Assembly: GCA_030648955.1 (NCBI GenBank)
Contig: JAUSHB010000013.1
Span: 76,675-140,674, forward strand
Length of the DNA stretch: 64,000 nt
Source: a bacterium
GTDB taxonomy: Bacteria > Patescibacteriota > Minisyncoccia > Phycocordibacterales > JAUSHB01
Direction of reading: 5' to 3'
This document shows, piece by piece, positions 9,191 through 19,093 of this stretch. A program made the position numbers and the translations under genes. Positions within the stretch are counted from its first letter, which is position 1. The number at the start of each line of letters is the position of its first letter. The notes under the pieces are model-generated. The model was not told the origin of the DNA. It saw nothing but the letters and a program-made list of their open reading frames with translations, and did no database searches.

Positions 9191-9826
9191 TTACTTCGCC
9201 GGCTCCCGATATGGGTCAACCCCCGAAGGACGAGGAGGTGTTGGTGGGACAGGAGCAGAAGACGGTTTTTGTGGAACCAGTGTTTCTTCTCGTGGCATCT
9301 TGAAGACCCCTTGGAGCTTTTGTTCAAAAATATTTTGCGGGGCCTTCGGTGTTTCCGGGGGTTTGGGCGCTTCGGGAGCACTTGTACCACCGGGCACAAT
9401 CATTTGGGGAAATTGAGGAGAAGGTGACATGGGTGGTGTGGGAGCTTGCGGTGGTGTTGGTATTGAAGCTACCGAAGCTTCTGAAGCTAATGAAGCTTGC
9501 GGTGAAGCCCCTTCGTCTATTATGTTGTGAACTATTTTGAGTGACTCTTTAACAGGCTGGAAAATTTCCTCATTCACTTTTTCCGCAATTGCGCGCGCTT
9601 TTTCTTGATCAACATCTATTTTTGTCACAATATTGCGAATGAAATCCTTAGGGTGGGAAGTTCCCATAAGAACTGATACCACTTCATCCTCCACATCAAG
9701 TGCTTGTTCTGGGGTGATACCAGTGTCGCGGCCAATAAGTTGTACATCTATACCAACATCATCAGACAAAAGTAACTGTTGTATATTTTGGGGTAGCTTT
9801 TTAAATTTTTCTTTTGTGTATTCCAT
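9191..9826 (-). CDS. Hypothetical protein with proline-rich C-terminus; contains an in-frame GAAGCT repeat (ASxAS low-complexity)
   Basis: 211-aa ORF; N-terminal globular part, C-terminal P/A/S-rich tail; nt 9465-9508 is a (GAAGCTNNN)x5 tract read on the minus strand as ASLASEASVAS. Confidence 0.6.
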   Translation of the reverse strand: MEYTKEKFKKLPQNIQQLLLSDDVGIDVQLIGRDTGITPEQALDVEDEVVSVLMGTSHPKDFIRNIVTKIDVDQEKARAIAEKVNEEIFQPVKESLKIVHNIIDEGASPQASLASEASVASIPTPPQAPTPPMSPSPQFPQMIVPGGTSAPEAPKPPETPKAPQNIFEQKLQGVFKMPREETLVPQKPSSAPVPPTPPRPSGVDPYREPAK

Positions 9827-9832
9827 AAAATA

Positions 9833-11662
9833 CTAAGTTTCTTTGGGTTTTTCTGTTTCTTTAACTATCGTCTCTGCTTTCTCTGGTTCCCCTGCCCCCG
9901 CTTTTACTTCTTCTTTAGCTGCTTCTTTAATTTTATCCAGCAATTCCTGTTCCGGTGTTTTACCTTTCTTTATCTTTTTCGCCGCCTCCCTATTAGAAAG
10001 ACCCCATAACCGATCACCTCTTTTTTCAAGCTTCTCTGTGTATATATCTTTTGCAGTTTTATCAACAAATTTTTTCTCACCCGTCTTTTTATCAACAATC
10101 TCTTTTTGTTGATATTGAACATTACCCTGTGTATCTCTTTTAATCCTCGTTTCTCCCGAAGGCCCTTGTTCATACTCAAACATTTTTGTGTCGCTCAAAC
10201 GTTTTGCAAGATCTTCTTTACGTTTTACTTTTTCGCTCAAGTGTTTATCATATCCGCCCTTGCCGCCCGCTTTCCCAAATCCCGCTCTGTCCATACCGGG
10301 AATTCCACGGATGTCCATGGTGCCGGATGATGTTGCGCGAAGTCCTCTGTCGGCGACTTCTCCTACGACACCTGTGCGTGCCGCAAAGCGCTTAAACCTA
10401 TCCGAATCGGCAAGCGCTCGGGCACCGCCTCCGATTAGGCGCCGTCCCGCAAGCGCTGTGGTGCCGATCGCCGCACCAAATACTGCCGTCCCCGCCTTTG
10501 TCGCCCACTGTCCCGCCGATCCAGAAAGCGACTTTGTTTTACTAAGGGCAATCATAAGTGCGACAACAACAATCGCAGCCTTGAGTGCTACTGTGGTAAA
10601 TAAGTCGGTAAAAGAAGTGCCTGCGGTAGCTTGCGCGCCGCTAAATTTTATGATTTCACCCAAGCCTGATAAGAGTTGAACGATTATGTACAAAAAGAAA
10701 AGAAAAACGGGCGCCACCATGGCTTGGCTTAAGAGTTGGTTCCACCACGAGCTTGTGAAGCTCCCTCCTTTTGGAAGGGCGTATGAAATAAATGCAAGCG
10801 GAGAAGCGATAATAAGGAATATAAATGCTATCACGCGACCAACGAGGAGAAACCCTGCGTAAAAAAGAACATACGCAATCATAACGTTTATGATTGCCGC
10901 AACAAAAAACAAAAATATCAGCGCGGCATTTGAAGAGTTTGTCGACGTCTTCCATTTTTCGAAAGCCGTAGGGGAGAGAAGTGCTTGCGGATTAATGGAA
11001 CCCATAATTCTCTCTGATATACGTTTCTCTGGAACTCCCTGTATGTGGCCGCCTACTGACGACTTTGACCCCGCTCGATTATAAAATTCCATAGCGATCA
11101 CATTTGACGCATCAATAACGACTCGGGTGAAGAAAAAACTGAAATTTACTAGAAGCGCCACAATAATTACATTCGCGACCGCTTGTTTCAGTTGCACGCC
11201 TCCAATTTGAAGTATGGTTCCAAGGGCAATCCAGAGAAGTATAAGAATGAACAAAAGATTCACGAGATTTCTTATGGTTGCCCAAGAATTTGCCACAAAG
11301 TCCTGATTAAGAAGAAGCGGGCTTACTGAAAGCGCAAGGAATGAATCAAATATCCCGCCCGACAATGTGAGGATAAGGCCGCTTGGAGCATAAAAAATGT
11401 AATACGCCAGTATTGCAAAACAATCGTCAAAATTGATTCCTGACCACTCAACACACTCCAAACCAAATGCATCTGTTGGGTTTTCTGAAAGCGGTGTCGC
11501 TGGCCTTGTGGTCACTAAATCTTGCGAGGGTTCATAACCATCAAGAACGTCTGCGTGCACAACTTGTGTACCAAGTGTCCACCCCTCCTGAATCGCAAAA
11601 GATATCGGTGTGCTCCACAGAGTGCCAATCATTACGAGGGTTATAGTAAAATTTTTCAACAT
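9833..11662 (-). CDS. VirB6/TrbL-like polytopic membrane protein with charged C-terminal tail
   Basis: About 610 aa from the MLKNFTITLVMIG start, which avoids overlap with the upstream gene; the longest ORF extends to 11743; many TM helices followed by a long K/E-rich tail. Confidence 0.7.
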   Translation of the reverse strand: MLKNFTITLVMIGTLWSTPISFAIQEGWTLGTQVVHADVLDGYEPSQDLVTTRPATPLSENPTDAFGLECVEWSGINFDDCFAILAYYIFYAPSGLILTLSGGIFDSFLALSVSPLLLNQDFVANSWATIRNLVNLLFILILLWIALGTILQIGGVQLKQAVANVIIVALLVNFSFFFTRVVIDASNVIAMEFYNRAGSKSSVGGHIQGVPEKRISERIMGSINPQALLSPTAFEKWKTSTNSSNAALIFLFFVAAIINVMIAYVLFYAGFLLVGRVIAFIFLIIASPLAFISYALPKGGSFTSSWWNQLLSQAMVAPVFLFFLYIIVQLLSGLGEIIKFSGAQATAGTSFTDLFTTVALKAAIVVVALMIALSKTKSLSGSAGQWATKAGTAVFGAAIGTTALAGRRLIGGGARALADSDRFKRFAARTGVVGEVADRGLRATSSGTMDIRGIPGMDRAGFGKAGGKGGYDKHLSEKVKRKEDLAKRLSDTKMFEYEQGPSGETRIKRDTQGNVQYQQKEIVDKKTGEKKFVDKTAKDIYTEKLEKRGDRLWGLSNREAAKKIKKGKTPEQELLDKIKEAAKEEVKAGAGEPEKAETIVKETEKPKET

Positions 11663-11666
11663 GTCA

Positions 11667-12524
11667 TCATTTAAGTTGGGCAAACATTCCTGATACAAGC
11701 TGATTAAAAACTGCGCTAACAAGTTCATCAAACTCATCGGCAAGTTCGTATTGCCTCAAATCAGTACCAACCGCAGTGCCCAATCGCGCCGAAATCATTG
11801 ACCCTGGTGTGGTGGTCTTTCCGTTTTTATCCGTGAAACTCAAGAACCCGCTTGCCCACGAAAGGCGTTGTTCCTCCTGCTTTGTTTGTTCTTCTATAGC
11901 CGCCTCCATCGCATTACTTGTATCTATATAAAGACTAAATGGGTTATTGCTACCATAGAGCGATTGTTCGTATGTATACCACCCCCCCTCATCGAAATCA
12001 TCAAAAAATTTTTTCCCATCAATTCCTAACTCGTCTAAGGTACACCGTGCCTCTGCTTTATATTTATCAACGATACCGGGGCGTGTTCGAAATTGTGCGT
12101 CGAAATTATCAAAAAACGTACAGATGTCTGCTCCTACAAGTGCTGATAAAAACTCCGTGCCTACCACGTTTTTCATATCCTCAAGATAAACTTTTAGGTC
12201 GTCCACAAAAACAGGTTTTCCGTTAAATCCGCTATTTACCCATTTGGTCATATTACCTATCAGTGTGCTCAAAATACCCTTGGTAATTGTGAGCATAATA
12301 GAATCCCAGCCACCCACTGTTTCTTTGTCACAGAGTGACGTTGATGCAGAGTCTGTCACGGGAACCTTCATAAGAGATGATAGAGAGGGTACTTCACAGG
12401 CGGGGTTGAGTGCGTAAGCTTTGTTGGGTGTGGAAAATGGAATGATCGGCGAGAAAAGAAATACGAGCATTAAAACCGATGATAATACGCGGTGTCCGAA
12501 TTTATTTTTAAACAGTGATTTCAT
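11667..12524 (-). CDS. Secreted hypothetical protein (T4SS-like cluster)
   Basis: 285 aa with signal peptide (VLMLVFLFSPIIPFSTPNKAYA). Confidence 0.6.
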   Translation of the reverse strand: MKSLFKNKFGHRVLSSVLMLVFLFSPIIPFSTPNKAYALNPACEVPSLSSLMKVPVTDSASTSLCDKETVGGWDSIMLTITKGILSTLIGNMTKWVNSGFNGKPVFVDDLKVYLEDMKNVVGTEFLSALVGADICTFFDNFDAQFRTRPGIVDKYKAEARCTLDELGIDGKKFFDDFDEGGWYTYEQSLYGSNNPFSLYIDTSNAMEAAIEEQTKQEEQRLSWASGFLSFTDKNGKTTTPGSMISARLGTAVGTDLRQYELADEFDELVSAVFNQLVSGMFAQLK

Positions 12525-12539
12525 GAAAGCCTAATTAAA

Positions 12540-13550
12540 TTATTGAGACCGCTCAAACATTGAAGTGAAAAGATAGCCGTTTTCTCCCTTTTTAAAAATT
12601 ACACCATTACTATTGAATACCGAGCCCGTATATTTCATGTAGTTTTCAATGGATACCAAACTTTTTTGGTATTGGGAAACTCCCGAGAGTCCGAGTACGG
12701 GATTAACCAAGGTGTTGCTCATGGCGCCAACCGCAGATGCAACTGTTCCAAACTCGTTTATAAACCCCAAATGAGTGGAAGCAAGCGCGGGGGGAGTGTT
12801 TACTAAAAGAAGTTTTTTAATCATTGCAATATATTCTTTTTCAAATTGAGCAAGTTTTTCAATAGTCCCTGTGTTACTGCCGGAAAGCGCTTGTGAAAGA
12901 ATATAGAGCTCGCTTTCTTTTGAGGAACGTCCTATGAATATCGTCCCCATGGTTTCTCCATATACTCTCATTGAAGAACTTGAGTCATCGCTGATTGACA
13001 CATTGGTAGCACGGTAGGTTTTTGCGGGAGGAATTCCTTTTGACATAATTCCGCCCGCCATGGTTTTAGCAAGACTCTCGAGCGATTGACTGCCAGTGTT
13101 TCCCGTTCCCTTGAGTTCAAAATAGTTTCCCAAAAGTTCTCGCATGAACACGTCAGTTTCGTTGAGTGATTGGGGGTCGTATGTTGAGGGGGAATTTTCG
13201 CTTGGTTTGACGATGTTTTTTTCCAGCACATCGTTTGGGCCTTTTTTGGTCGGGTTTCTACCAAGCTTCACTTCCTCGCTGTCCAGTGTTCCATCGCTGT
13301 CCGTATCAGAATTTTGAGAATCTGTTTTCCAGAGCGCTTCTTCCCAATCAGGGAGACCATCGTTATCAGAATCTTGCTGGGAGATGGATTCGGCTAATTT
13401 TTTTGCTGTATCCTGCGCCGTGTTTTCTCGCTCGAACACCAACGTTTCTTTTTTGTTCTCCACCCAACGACTCCACAAAAACATTCCGCCCGCTATCACC
13501 GCGATAGCAAGTATGATCGCAACCATTTTTTTACTCGGCAGATATTTCAA
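12540..13550 (-). CDS. Membrane-anchored protein with Asp-rich calcium-binding-like repeats (first gene of T4SS-like string)
   Basis: 336 aa; N-terminal TM; DSDNDGLPDWEE and DTDSDGTLDSEE (DxDxDG-type) repeats. Confidence 0.6.
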   Translation of the reverse strand: MKYLPSKKMVAIILAIAVIAGGMFLWSRWVENKKETLVFERENTAQDTAKKLAESISQQDSDNDGLPDWEEALWKTDSQNSDTDSDGTLDSEEVKLGRNPTKKGPNDVLEKNIVKPSENSPSTYDPQSLNETDVFMRELLGNYFELKGTGNTGSQSLESLAKTMAGGIMSKGIPPAKTYRATNVSISDDSSSSMRVYGETMGTIFIGRSSKESELYILSQALSGSNTGTIEKLAQFEKEYIAMIKKLLLVNTPPALASTHLGFINEFGTVASAVGAMSNTLVNPVLGLSGVSQYQKSLVSIENYMKYTGSVFNSNGVIFKKGENGYLFTSMFERSQ

Positions 13551-13662
13551 GATTTTCTTGGTTAATTATATCAAAACCCTTATGTATTTAGTATAACATA
13601 ACAAATTGTACTGTGGATAAACAATGGGGTATAAATACTCTTTTGTAGTATTCTTGTAATAT

Positions 13663-14994
13663 ATGATTTTACATCAGCAAAAATTGTCTGTGGTGATGGT
13701 GCTCGCCACGGCGTTTCTTCTTACCAACACCGCGTTTGCGCAAGGCACTAATTTAGTTTCAGTCACCGAAATTTTTTCAACAAACTTGAGAGTTGGTGAT
13801 CGCGGAGAAGATGTACAAACCCTCCAAAAAGTTCTTAACAGTTTGCCGGAAACCAAACTCGGAGATACTGGTCCTGGAGCTCCAGGGGAAGAAACAACCT
13901 ATTTTGGCGAACTTACCAAGGGCGCGGTAGTGAAATTCCAAGAAAAGTATGCCCAGGAAATCCTTTTTCCCATTCAACTAGTACAAGGGACGGGGTTTGT
14001 TGGCCCAATGACACGCGAAAAGCTCAATGAAGCGGCGGTAAGTGCCGGAATTACAGCAAATATGCAAGGAACGTCAGGTAGTGGGACTTTGTCGGGCGGG
14101 GCAACAGGGATAACGGGGTCATCGCAGGGGTCAACCGGTCAAACTACCGCCATTAAGCCAAAAATAACATCTCTTTCACCAACCAGTGGAATCAATGGGA
14201 CTGAGATTACCATAAGGGGTGAGGGGTTTACGTCAACGGGGAATACCATCAGAACAACCTTTGGTTTATTTGAGAACATACCCTCGGGCGATAGAAAAAC
14301 AATTAATTTTAAATTTTTTTCAGATGTGGTGGAAAAACAATTAGGAGTTGAAGAGATGAAACAAAATGGAATAACAGCAACTGATATCCTTGAAGAACTT
14401 GTTGCACCACTTCCTACTGCATCCACAACGGTTCCTGTTATTGTTGGTGTTGCAAACAAAAACGGAGGAAGTAATTTTGTCCAATTTGATCTTGATATGG
14501 ACATCACACATTATCTTGCAACATCAACGGTTTCAACAAACACAAACGGTCACCCCCTGCTTTTACAGAGGGTTGCGTCTTTTTTGTCTAATTTTACTAT
14601 TGCAAAAATCGCCGAAGCAAAGAAGAAGGGGCCATCCCCAGCAGAAATTGCAAAAAAGTTGGCAGATAGTCAATGGAACCAACTTACAGGAAGCACCGGG
14701 GGTGGAGGAAGTGTTGGTGGCGCAGGCCCAGCTTTTGGAGGAAATGTTATTATGGTCATACCATGTCCATGTAGTGCTGGGGTTGCGTTTACCATACGGC
14801 CAGTTGCTGGTTCTCCAGGACCATATTTTGCACCATATTTTTCATGGAAAGCAAATTACGCAATCTTTCCAGGTAATTGGGTGCTAGGGTCTGCCCCCCT
14901 CCCAGGAGCATGTCTAACTGTTGCGTTTTGTTATCCCTACAGCGCGCCGCTTATTCCACCGACACCAGGCGTAGGGACATCATTGGGTATGTAA
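13663..14994 (+). CDS. Secreted protein with peptidoglycan-binding (PG_binding_1-like) and IPT/TIG-like domains
   Basis: 443 aa; signal peptide; GDRGEDVQTLQKVLN...YFGELTKGAVVKFQ resembles PG-binding domain 1; KPKITSLSPTSGINGTEITIRGEGF resembles an IPT/TIG fold. Confidence 0.6.
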   Translation: MILHQQKLSVVMVLATAFLLTNTAFAQGTNLVSVTEIFSTNLRVGDRGEDVQTLQKVLNSLPETKLGDTGPGAPGEETTYFGELTKGAVVKFQEKYAQEILFPIQLVQGTGFVGPMTREKLNEAAVSAGITANMQGTSGSGTLSGGATGITGSSQGSTGQTTAIKPKITSLSPTSGINGTEITIRGEGFTSTGNTIRTTFGLFENIPSGDRKTINFKFFSDVVEKQLGVEEMKQNGITATDILEELVAPLPTASTTVPVIVGVANKNGGSNFVQFDLDMDITHYLATSTVSTNTNGHPLLLQRVASFLSNFTIAKIAEAKKKGPSPAEIAKKLADSQWNQLTGSTGGGGSVGGAGPAFGGNVIMVIPCPCSAGVAFTIRPVAGSPGPYFAPYFSWKANYAIFPGNWVLGSAPLPGACLTVAFCYPYSAPLIPPTPGVGTSLGM

Positions 14995-15017
14995 ATAATT
15001 GATTCTGGATGCATTAT

Positions 15018-15905
15018 TTAAGAACGAGTCATAAGTGCTTCACCTAAACAAAACCACTGATTAAGCGAGAGATTTTCTGCCCGTACCGTTGACGCAATAT
15101 CACATTTCTCAAAACCCTCCCCAAGTTTTTTAGGTTCGTAAAAATTTTTTAAGTTTCCCCAAAGCATCTTTCGCTTGTGCGCGAATCCTCGCTTCATGAG
15201 CTCAAAAAATGCATTCTCATCTTGCTCACCCGCAAAATTATTTTTTGAAATGTTTTCTATGAGAAGTACCGCGGAATCGACATTTGGTTCCGGAGAAAAA
15301 TATCGTGCGGGAACTTTTTGTATATAACGGGGTGTTCCGTATGCTTTTACGCTCATCGAAAGAATACTTTCTTTACCCTGAGCGGCTTGTGGTGATTTAT
15401 CCTGAGTTTTATCGAAGGAGCCTAGTCGAACCGGGTCGAAGGGTTTGCCATCCCTTGCCCCGCTATGGCGGGGGCGTGCCACAATTCTGTCCGCGACCTC
15501 TTTTTGCACCATCAAGACCATTCGTTGCGGTTGCAGATCTCCCGAAAGAAATGTTCGCAAGATTTCTCCGGTGATGTAGTAAGGGATGTTAGCGACAAGT
15601 TTATAGGTATTAGTTTTTAGTTTGTAGTTAGTGGGATTAAGAGTAAGAATGTCGCCGTGCACGAGTTCTAATTTTCCATTTCTGATTTCTTGCGCAAATT
15701 TATCTTTCAAATATGAAATCATTCGCACATCTTTTTCCACCGCGATTACCTTCCCCGCTTTTTGTAAAAGACCCTCGGTAAGGAATCCTTTCCCGGGGCC
15801 GATCTCAAGCACGACATCGTCCGGAGCAATCTGTGCAGCCGCGACAATATCTCGCGCAACTCCGCGCGACGTTAAAAAATTTTGACCGAGTGATTTTTTT
15901 GCTCG
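15018..15905 (-). CDS. rsmA: 16S rRNA (adenine1518/1519-N6)-dimethyltransferase RsmA/KsgA
   Basis: Start taken at MRAKKSLGQNFL (canonical KsgA N-terminus); SAM motif LEIGPGKGFLT; NIPY motif. The longest ORF extends to 15962. Confidence 0.85.
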   Translation of the reverse strand, partial: RAKKSLGQNFLTSRGVARDIVAAAQIAPDDVVLEIGPGKGFLTEGLLQKAGKVIAVEKDVRMISYLKDKFAQEIRNGKLELVHGDILTLNPTNYKLKTNTYKLVANIPYYITGEILRTFLSGDLQPQRMVLMVQKEVADRIVARPRHSGARDGKPFDPVRLGSFDKTQDKSPQAAQGKESILSMSVKAYGTPRYIQKVPARYFSPEPNVDSAVLLIENISKNNFAGEQDENAFFELMKRGFAHKRKMLWGNLKNFYEPKKLGEGFEKCDIASTVRAENLSLNQWFCLGEALMTRS

Positions 15906-15950
15906 CATAAAATATATAAATTTAGTTAAGTTTATCACACACCTCCAGTA

Positions 15951-15984
15951 ACACATATCCAATGCCTAGGCACTTGATATGTGT
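15951..15984. promoter_or_regulatory. 34-bp imperfect palindrome ACACATATCCAATGCCTAGGCACTTGATATGTGT (putative operator)
   Basis: Read directly; a near-copy of the perfect palindrome at 16603-16642. Sits between the rsmA start and the 3' end of the PaaX-like gene. Confidence 0.45.
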
Positions 15985-15998
15985 CAGTGGTTTATTTT

Positions 15999-16574
15999 TT
16001 ATAACAAGCCAAACACCTTTTTGATTTCTTGTTCCCCGTCAATCTTTTTCACTAAAAGGTATTTTAAGTGGTTTCTAATGTTTAAATACTTTCCCAATAG
16101 ATCAAGCTCGCCCCTGCATTCAAAAGGAGTAACAAACGTTGATTTTTGTATGGGAATAAACCCCATGCGTTTTAAATGAAAATTCACGGCGTTGCGCGCA
16201 GACTTTTTTGTGTTGGGGATGTCGAATATAATAACCCGAAACATGCCATCCCACACTTTTGGAGGTTTCACACAGAGATCATATATCTTGTTTTTATCAA
16301 CCTCTTCCTTGCCGCGATCAGTAAGAGACAGCACACTGTTTTTTGAGTTTACTCGCAACAATCCATGTTTTTCCAATGAGCGTATTGTTCTTTTGACACG
16401 AAATCGCTCACGAGAATTTTTCGGCTTAAAAAGAACAAGAACTTGTGCAAGGCCCGGCAAGGCAAGGACAGCAATAAAAAGCCCTCCAACAGCAAGTCCC
16501 TTTAAAATAACGAGCGCAAGCTCTCCGTGTCCATACTCACTCAATGGTTTAATATTCAGGGGTTTTATATCCAT
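15999..16574 (-). CDS. PaaX-family-like transcriptional regulator (N-terminal hydrophobic/wHTH part plus PaaX_C-like domain)
   Basis: 191 aa; C-terminal WDGMFRVIIFDIPNTKKSARNAVNFHLKRMGFIPIQKSTFVTPF resembles the PaaX C-terminal domain; clear paralog of the partial ORF at 63565-64000. Confidence 0.55.
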   Translation of the reverse strand: MDIKPLNIKPLSEYGHGELALVILKGLAVGGLFIAVLALPGLAQVLVLFKPKNSRERFRVKRTIRSLEKHGLLRVNSKNSVLSLTDRGKEEVDKNKIYDLCVKPPKVWDGMFRVIIFDIPNTKKSARNAVNFHLKRMGFIPIQKSTFVTPFECRGELDLLGKYLNIRNHLKYLLVKKIDGEQEIKKVFGLL

Positions 16575-16602
16575 AAAAATACATTTTTAGAATAACACCA
16601 TA

Positions 16603-16642
16603 TTAACACATATCAAATGCCTAGGCATTTGATATGTGTTAA
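16603..16642. promoter_or_regulatory. 40-bp perfect palindrome TTAACACATATCAAATGCCTAGGCATTTGATATGTGTTAA (putative operator)
   Basis: Read directly; 28 bp upstream of the PaaX-like gene start. Confidence 0.5.
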
Positions 16643-16695
16643 TGGTAAATTGGTTCCAAGTTTGAGCCATGGTAAGGCGTTAGTCAAAAAATTTA

Positions 16696-18639
16696 TTAAT
16701 CAAAATGTATCGTATAAAGCGCCTCCTCGCCACCACCCCCTTCTTCTTGTTCGACAAAGTCATTGTCAATATCGGAAAGAAATTCCGAAGGAGTATTCAC
16801 TTGTTTTGCGCCGAAAATAGTTCTGACTGCCGTGTATGAAAGAAAAAGTTTTTCTTTCGCTCGTGTGAGCGCCACGTAAAAAAGTCGCCGCTCTTCTTCC
16901 TCGCGCTCGTTTGCGCCTTCACCGCCTCCCATCCCGCGATGAGGAAAAAGATCTTGTTCGAGGCCTGTGATAAACACATATCGAAACTCAAGTCCCTTTG
17001 CGGCGTGCACCGTCATTAGTTTTACCGCATTATCATTTCGCTCGAGTGAATCCTGATCGGTCGTGAGCGCGACATCGGATAGAAGTTTTTCCACTCCTTC
17101 TTGCGGGGAAAGAATGTCGTATTTTGTCGCGAGTGTCACCAACTCTTTTAAGTTTTCAAGTCGTTCTAGATTTTCTTCCGTTCCATCTTTGAGTGACTTT
17201 TCCATTCCTGTTTCTCGCATGATAAATTTAATAAGCAAAGAAGTTTTTTCTGTAAGCGCTTGTTCTTGTATCCGCACGAGAAGTTTTTTAAATTCCGCAA
17301 CGCGTGTTTTCATGGCCGGCGTGAGACTCTCAGTGCTCCCCGCGAGCACTTTTATGATTGTAGCTTTGCCAATCCCACGTGTCGGGACATTGATGATTCG
17401 CTTCACGTCATAAAAATTTTCCATATTGAGAGCGGCTTTGATATAGGAGATTACATCGCGAACCTCTTTTCGTTCAAAGAATTTTACACCAAGAACTTGA
17501 TAGGGAATGTTGAGAGATAAAAAAGATTCTTCCAAAACACGCGATTGAAAGTTTGCGCGATACAGCACGGCAATGTCCCGTGGCGACACACCACCCTTGA
17601 TAAGCTCGTCAGATTTTCCTGCAACAAAGCGCGCCTCCTCATTCTCGTCATACGCGCCGAACATGGAAATTTTTGCCCCTTCGGCGTTCTTGGTGAAAAG
17701 ATTTTTTTCTTTACGTAGCGTGTTTTTCTTGATCACCGCATTTGCGGCGGCGAGAATATTTTGTGTCGAACGATAATTTTCTTCTAACAAAACAACTTTG
17801 GCATCGGGGTAATCTTTTTCAAAATTCAAAATATTCTGAATGTTTGCTCCGCGCCAGCTATAAATATTCTGATCAGCGTCGCCCACAACGCAAATATTTT
17901 TGTGTCGTTCTGAAAGCGTTCGAGCAATTTCATATTGTGATTGATTGGTGTCTTGGTACTCATCGATATGAATGTAATGCCAGCGGTTTTGATAGTGCGC
18001 ACGCACGTCGGTATTCTCTCGCAAAAGATTCGCGGGCTTTAAAATGAGATCATCAAAATCAAGCGCCTTCTGTTTCACGAGCGCTCCTTCATACCGAAGC
18101 CAAACCGCCGAAAGTATTTTGGGAAAATAATTATTTCCCGCGCTCCGCGCGTATTCCTCCGCGGTTATCAAGTCTCCTTTTTGACGTGAGAGCGCGGAAA
18201 GCAATCGTCCCGGTTCAAATTGTTTCGGGTCAAGCCCTTCCGCCGCGAGCGCTTCTTTAATGACCGCCAACGAATCATTTCTATCAAGAATGGTAAAATG
18301 ACGCGGAATCCCCAAAAGATTTCCGTGTTCGCGCAGGATGTGAACTCCAAGCGCATGGAAGGTACTCATGAAGGGACGTTCGTGATGAAGTACTCCTATT
18401 GACTGGCTCTCACGTTCTAGAAGCGAAGCAACGCGTTCACCCATTTCTTTAGCAGCTTTATTGGTAAAGGTGATAGCAAGAATTTGTGATGGAGCGACTC
18501 CTTCTTTGATGAGATTGATGATTCGGTATGTGAGTGTTTTTGTTTTTCCCGCACCCGCGCCGGCAACAATCAGAAGCGGTCCATCTTTGTGGAGCGCCGC
18601 TTCTTTTTGTGCAGGGTTGAGTTCATTGAGGTGATTCAT
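16696..18639 (-). CDS. pcrA: ATP-dependent DNA helicase PcrA/UvrD/Rep family
   Basis: 647 aa; motif I GAGAGKTKTL, LAITFTNKAAKEM, and the further UvrD-family helicase motifs. Confidence 0.85.
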   Translation of the reverse strand: MNHLNELNPAQKEAALHKDGPLLIVAGAGAGKTKTLTYRIINLIKEGVAPSQILAITFTNKAAKEMGERVASLLERESQSIGVLHHERPFMSTFHALGVHILREHGNLLGIPRHFTILDRNDSLAVIKEALAAEGLDPKQFEPGRLLSALSRQKGDLITAEEYARSAGNNYFPKILSAVWLRYEGALVKQKALDFDDLILKPANLLRENTDVRAHYQNRWHYIHIDEYQDTNQSQYEIARTLSERHKNICVVGDADQNIYSWRGANIQNILNFEKDYPDAKVVLLEENYRSTQNILAAANAVIKKNTLRKEKNLFTKNAEGAKISMFGAYDENEEARFVAGKSDELIKGGVSPRDIAVLYRANFQSRVLEESFLSLNIPYQVLGVKFFERKEVRDVISYIKAALNMENFYDVKRIINVPTRGIGKATIIKVLAGSTESLTPAMKTRVAEFKKLLVRIQEQALTEKTSLLIKFIMRETGMEKSLKDGTEENLERLENLKELVTLATKYDILSPQEGVEKLLSDVALTTDQDSLERNDNAVKLMTVHAAKGLEFRYVFITGLEQDLFPHRGMGGGEGANEREEEERRLFYVALTRAKEKLFLSYTAVRTIFGAKQVNTPSEFLSDIDNDFVEQEEGGGGEEALYTIHFD

Positions 18640-18776
18640 GGTGGTAACACTATAACATAGGTCTCAAAACGTAAAATATAAAATGTGTAACGCATAACAT
18701 TCAATTAAAATGGTATAGAAAACAAAAGAGCGGGCAATGACACCCGCTTTGTTATAAGAAATTGGTTGTCGGTTAT

Positions 18777-19082
18777 TTACACCGCCTCGGCAAGCTGTTT
18801 AAATTCCAGAACGCTTTTGTGTACTTCGTTTTTCACAAAATTATCAAGGTCGGGAATTTGTGCATTGAGAAACGTTTTCATGCGCTCACTGTCCCCTGCT
18901 TCGCTGATAGCATCAAACTCATGCCGCGCTTCGGGTGAAATTTTTTCAACAACCGAAACAGTGATTCTTCTTAAAATATTTTCTCCGACACGCGCAATAA
19001 CCTCATCCTGGATGTCTTGGGGAACCCCAGTAAGTCCAAGATTTTTTGTTAACGTGTCGTTGAGTTCATCCGTGTTAATCAT
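18777..19082 (-). CDS. Small hypothetical protein
   Basis: 101-aa ORF immediately downstream of the 1105-aa gene, same strand. Confidence 0.45.
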   Translation of the reverse strand: MINTDELNDTLTKNLGLTGVPQDIQDEVIARVGENILRRITVSVVEKISPEARHEFDAISEAGDSERMKTFLNAQIPDLDNFVKNEVHKSVLEFKQLAEAV

Positions 19083-19093
19083 AAAATTATCTG

